Below are positions 55,529 through 57,058 of a stretch of DNA of 57,058 bases, in pieces. The translations under genes were made by a program, and so were the position numbers. The number at the start of each line of letters is the position of its first letter. The stretch's first letter is position 1. The notes beneath the pieces are model-generated. The model was not told the DNA's origin. It ran no database searches and saw only the letters and a list, made by a program, of their open reading frames with translations. The stretch is from Candidatus Micrarchaeota archaeon (GTDB taxonomy: Archaea; Micrarchaeota; Micrarchaeia; Norongarragalinales; SBBD01), in NCBI GenBank assembly GCA_043813365.1, contig JBDRLB010000029.1, forward strand, positions 1 to 57,058, in the 5' to 3' direction.

Positions 55529-56284
55529 ATGGAGTTCTCTTTCAAGGACGCAAGATTCTTTAAGCAATGCATAGATGCAGTTGGAAACCTGATTGACGAA
55601 GGTTCATTCGAAATAACAAAGGAAGGGCTCCATCTGCGCTCGCTCGACCCTTCCCAGATAGCAATGGTGGATTTCAAATTGCCAAAAGGGCACGCATTCG
55701 CCTCTTTCGACATCGATGAAAGCAGAACCTTGTCGCTCAACCTTCAGGACCTTTCCAAAGTTGTAGCGAGAAGCAAGGCAGGGGAGAAGCTCTCCGTAAT
55801 TTTCGATGAGAAGGAAGGCAACAGGATGCAGCTTGATTTCGGCGGGGATGCGAAGCGCGCATTCAAATTGCCTTTGCTGGATTTGAGGGAAACTTCCATG
55901 CCAAAAGAGCCCAAAGTTGCACTAGAAACAAGCGTGAAAATAAGGGCGGGCCATTTCAAGGACATGCTGAAGGATGTGATGCTCGTCTCTTCACATTTGC
56001 AGCTCGAAGCGGATGACCATTACTTCCATATTGAGGCGCACGGCGACAGCGGCGACCTGAAAATCGAAAATTCCAGCAAAACAATGAAGGATCTGGAAGT
56101 GAAAGCGCCCTCATTGACAAAAGGAATGTACCCTGCTGAATATTTGGAAAAGATGACGCGCGCTGCTGTTGAGAACGAGCCCATAACAATCGAATTCGGC
56201 AACAACAAGCCTGTAAAGGTGCATTACAAAATTTCGGATGCTGAATTCGTGTTTTATCTGGCGCCCAGAGTGGAGACTACATAA
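55529..56284 (+). CDS. pcn: PCNA DNA sliding clamp
   Basis: About 250 aa with FKQCIDAVGNLIDEGSFEITKEGLHLRSLDPSQIAMVDF and a two-domain repeat. GGGGGGTGGG Shine-Dalgarno 6 nt upstream. Confidence 0.9.
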   Translation: MEFSFKDARFFKQCIDAVGNLIDEGSFEITKEGLHLRSLDPSQIAMVDFKLPKGHAFASFDIDESRTLSLNLQDLSKVVARSKAGEKLSVIFDEKEGNRMQLDFGGDAKRAFKLPLLDLRETSMPKEPKVALETSVKIRAGHFKDMLKDVMLVSSHLQLEADDHYFHIEAHGDSGDLKIENSSKTMKDLEVKAPSLTKGMYPAEYLEKMTRAAVENEPITIEFGNNKPVKVHYKISDAEFVFYLAPRVETT

Positions 56285-56390
56285 GACCCAAGGGGGTGAC
56301 CCCCTTAGTTCTTATCAGTTGCCCAAACCCCCCATTATTAGTGCGTTGACTATTTATTTTCAGAACCATGCCTAACGGTAAAGGTTGTAA

Positions 56391-56511
56391 GAGAGCAGCG
56401 GTAAACGGTTCTCCCTCCCGCCAGGGAAGTACGCGCCGAATCGTAGGAGGTCTTAACTTCCGAGTTCGAAAAGAGATCGGGTGTGTCACCTCCCCTATGA
56501 CCGCTGACCTC
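56391..56511 (-). rRNA. rrf: 5S ribosomal RNA (121 nt), unlinked to 16S/23S in this window
   Basis: Minus strand reads GAGGUCAGCGGUCAUAGGGGAGGUGACACACCCGAUCUCUUUUCGAACUCGGAAGUUAAGACCUCCUACG...ACCGCUGCUCUC. The CCCGAUCUC...GAACUCGGAAGUUAAG core is universal. The ends form a 12-bp helix I. Confidence 0.85.
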
Positions 56512-56527
56512 ACTTTTGTGCATATTA

Positions 56528-56547
56528 GGGTATATATACTTTGCGAT
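56528..56547 (-). promoter_or_regulatory. BRE/TATA promoter of the 5S rRNA gene
   Basis: Minus strand CGCAAAGTATATATACC. TATA is centred about 24 nt upstream of the predicted 5' end at 56511. Confidence 0.6.
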
Positions 56548-56559
56548 CAAGTGCAAAAG

Positions 56560-57058
56560 CTAAACCTCAATCTTCTCCCCCAGCTCCGGCATCTTCACGT
56601 CGAACCCTTCCTTCTTCAGGGTTTCAAACAGGGGCACCATTTGGTCTGGGTCGCCGTGAGTAAGCAAAATCAGTTCCGGGGAGATTTTTTTCGCGTATTC
56701 CAAAAGCTGCTCCCTGCCCGAATGCGCTGAAAAATCGAAATTCTCAATATCCCCCCGGAAGTTCACGGTTTTCCCGTTCAGCCTAATCATCCTCTTCTCA
56801 TGCAGAAGCCGCCCATTTGTGCCCGCAGCCTGGTAGCCCGTAAGGAAAATTTTCGTTTCAATCCCTGCAGCCATCAGCCGTTGTATGTAGCTCAATGCCG
56901 GCCCGCCATCGAGCATCCCTGCTGTGCAAACAAATATTTTTCCGGGTTTTATGCGCTTCTTCCTGTCAACAGAATCGTATGATTTGTCAACCCCCTCGAA
57001 AGCGGATTTGAACCCCTGCGAATTCCTTATGTATGATGGGTATTCCATATAGATGTCG
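56560..57058 (-). CDS. beta-CASP / metallo-beta-lactamase family RNase (aCPSF/RNase J-like), C-terminal part; 5' end outside the window
   Basis: FVCTAGMLDGGPA, FDFSAHSGREQLLEY, ILLTHGDP (beta-CASP motifs B/C and the final MBL His). Frame is open to the window edge. Confidence 0.75.
   Translation of the reverse strand, partial: DIYMEYPSYIRNSQGFKSAFEGVDKSYDSVDRKKRIKPGKIFVCTAGMLDGGPALSYIQRLMAAGIETKIFLTGYQAAGTNGRLLHEKRMIRLNGKTVNFRGDIENFDFSAHSGREQLLEYAKKISPELILLTHGDPDQMVPLFETLKKEGFDVKMPELGEKIEV

Noticed and set aside
56277-56730. Three track ORFs (56277..56513 -, 56350..56556 -, 56368..56730 +)
   Set aside because: They cover the 5S rRNA gene, its promoter and the 3' end of the beta-CASP gene, and the RNA gene explains the region.
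57002-57019. GCGGATTTGAACCCCTGC, which resembles the reverse complement of a tRNA T-arm (GGTTCAAATCC)
   Set aside because: It lies inside the conserved beta-CASP coding frame. The T-stem has a mismatch and no acceptor, D or anticodon arms can be built around it.
1-57058. CRISPR arrays, transposases/IS elements, integrases, prophage genes, toxin-antitoxin pairs and tRNA genes
   Set aside because: I found no regularly spaced direct repeats, no recognisable recombinase motifs and no cloverleaf-compatible sequence in the intergenic gaps. A manual scan can miss tRNAs, so tRNAscan-SE should be run.

Overview
This is a densely packed archaeal chromosomal segment. Archaeal identity is supported by gatD/gatE, a thermosome, prefoldin beta, MCM, PCNA, PriL, GGGP synthase, aTrm56, pelota, archaeal-type PEP carboxylase and class III (pilin-type) signal peptides. 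The small genes, tiny spacers and many orphan membrane proteins suggest a small-genome lineage such as DPANN/Micrarchaeota, but that is inference only.

Most of the window is housekeeping:
- Central metabolism: pgk, rpiA, split transketolase, glyoxylate reductase, ppcA.
- Pyrimidine synthesis: pyrE, pyrD-pyrK-pyrC.
- Replication and repair: XPF, MCM, PriL, PCNA, ScpA.
- Translation and RNA: ksgA, gatDE, pelota, aTrm56, a beta-CASP RNase, and a stand-alone 5S rRNA that the ORF track hides under spurious ORFs.

The items most worth a second look:
1. A type IV pilus-like surface module made of three dispersed genes. These are a FlaJ/TadC-like platform protein with an N-terminal zinc ribbon, a 57-aa pilin, and a 654-aa pilin-signal adhesin with a Cys-rich domain, an S/P/A linker and two tandem Ig-like repeats.
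2. An ORF-free stretch of about 970 bp (45103-46074) holding two paralogous hairpins of about 80 nt. They share the loop motif CCAAAGGAGGCA, which is a Shine-Dalgarno or anti-Shine-Dalgarno mimic depending on strand.
3. Single-nucleotide frame breaks in MCM (inside the SRFD arginine finger) and in an OPT transporter, plus a possible one at the ksgA window edge.
4. A PriL that lacks the canonical four Fe-S cysteines.
5. A four-gene operon of tiny Q/P/G-tailed membrane proteins.

By eye I found no CRISPR array, transposase, integrase or tRNA. Manual tRNA detection is unreliable. All calls rest on motif recognition from memory and manual base-pairing; no searches or computations were run.
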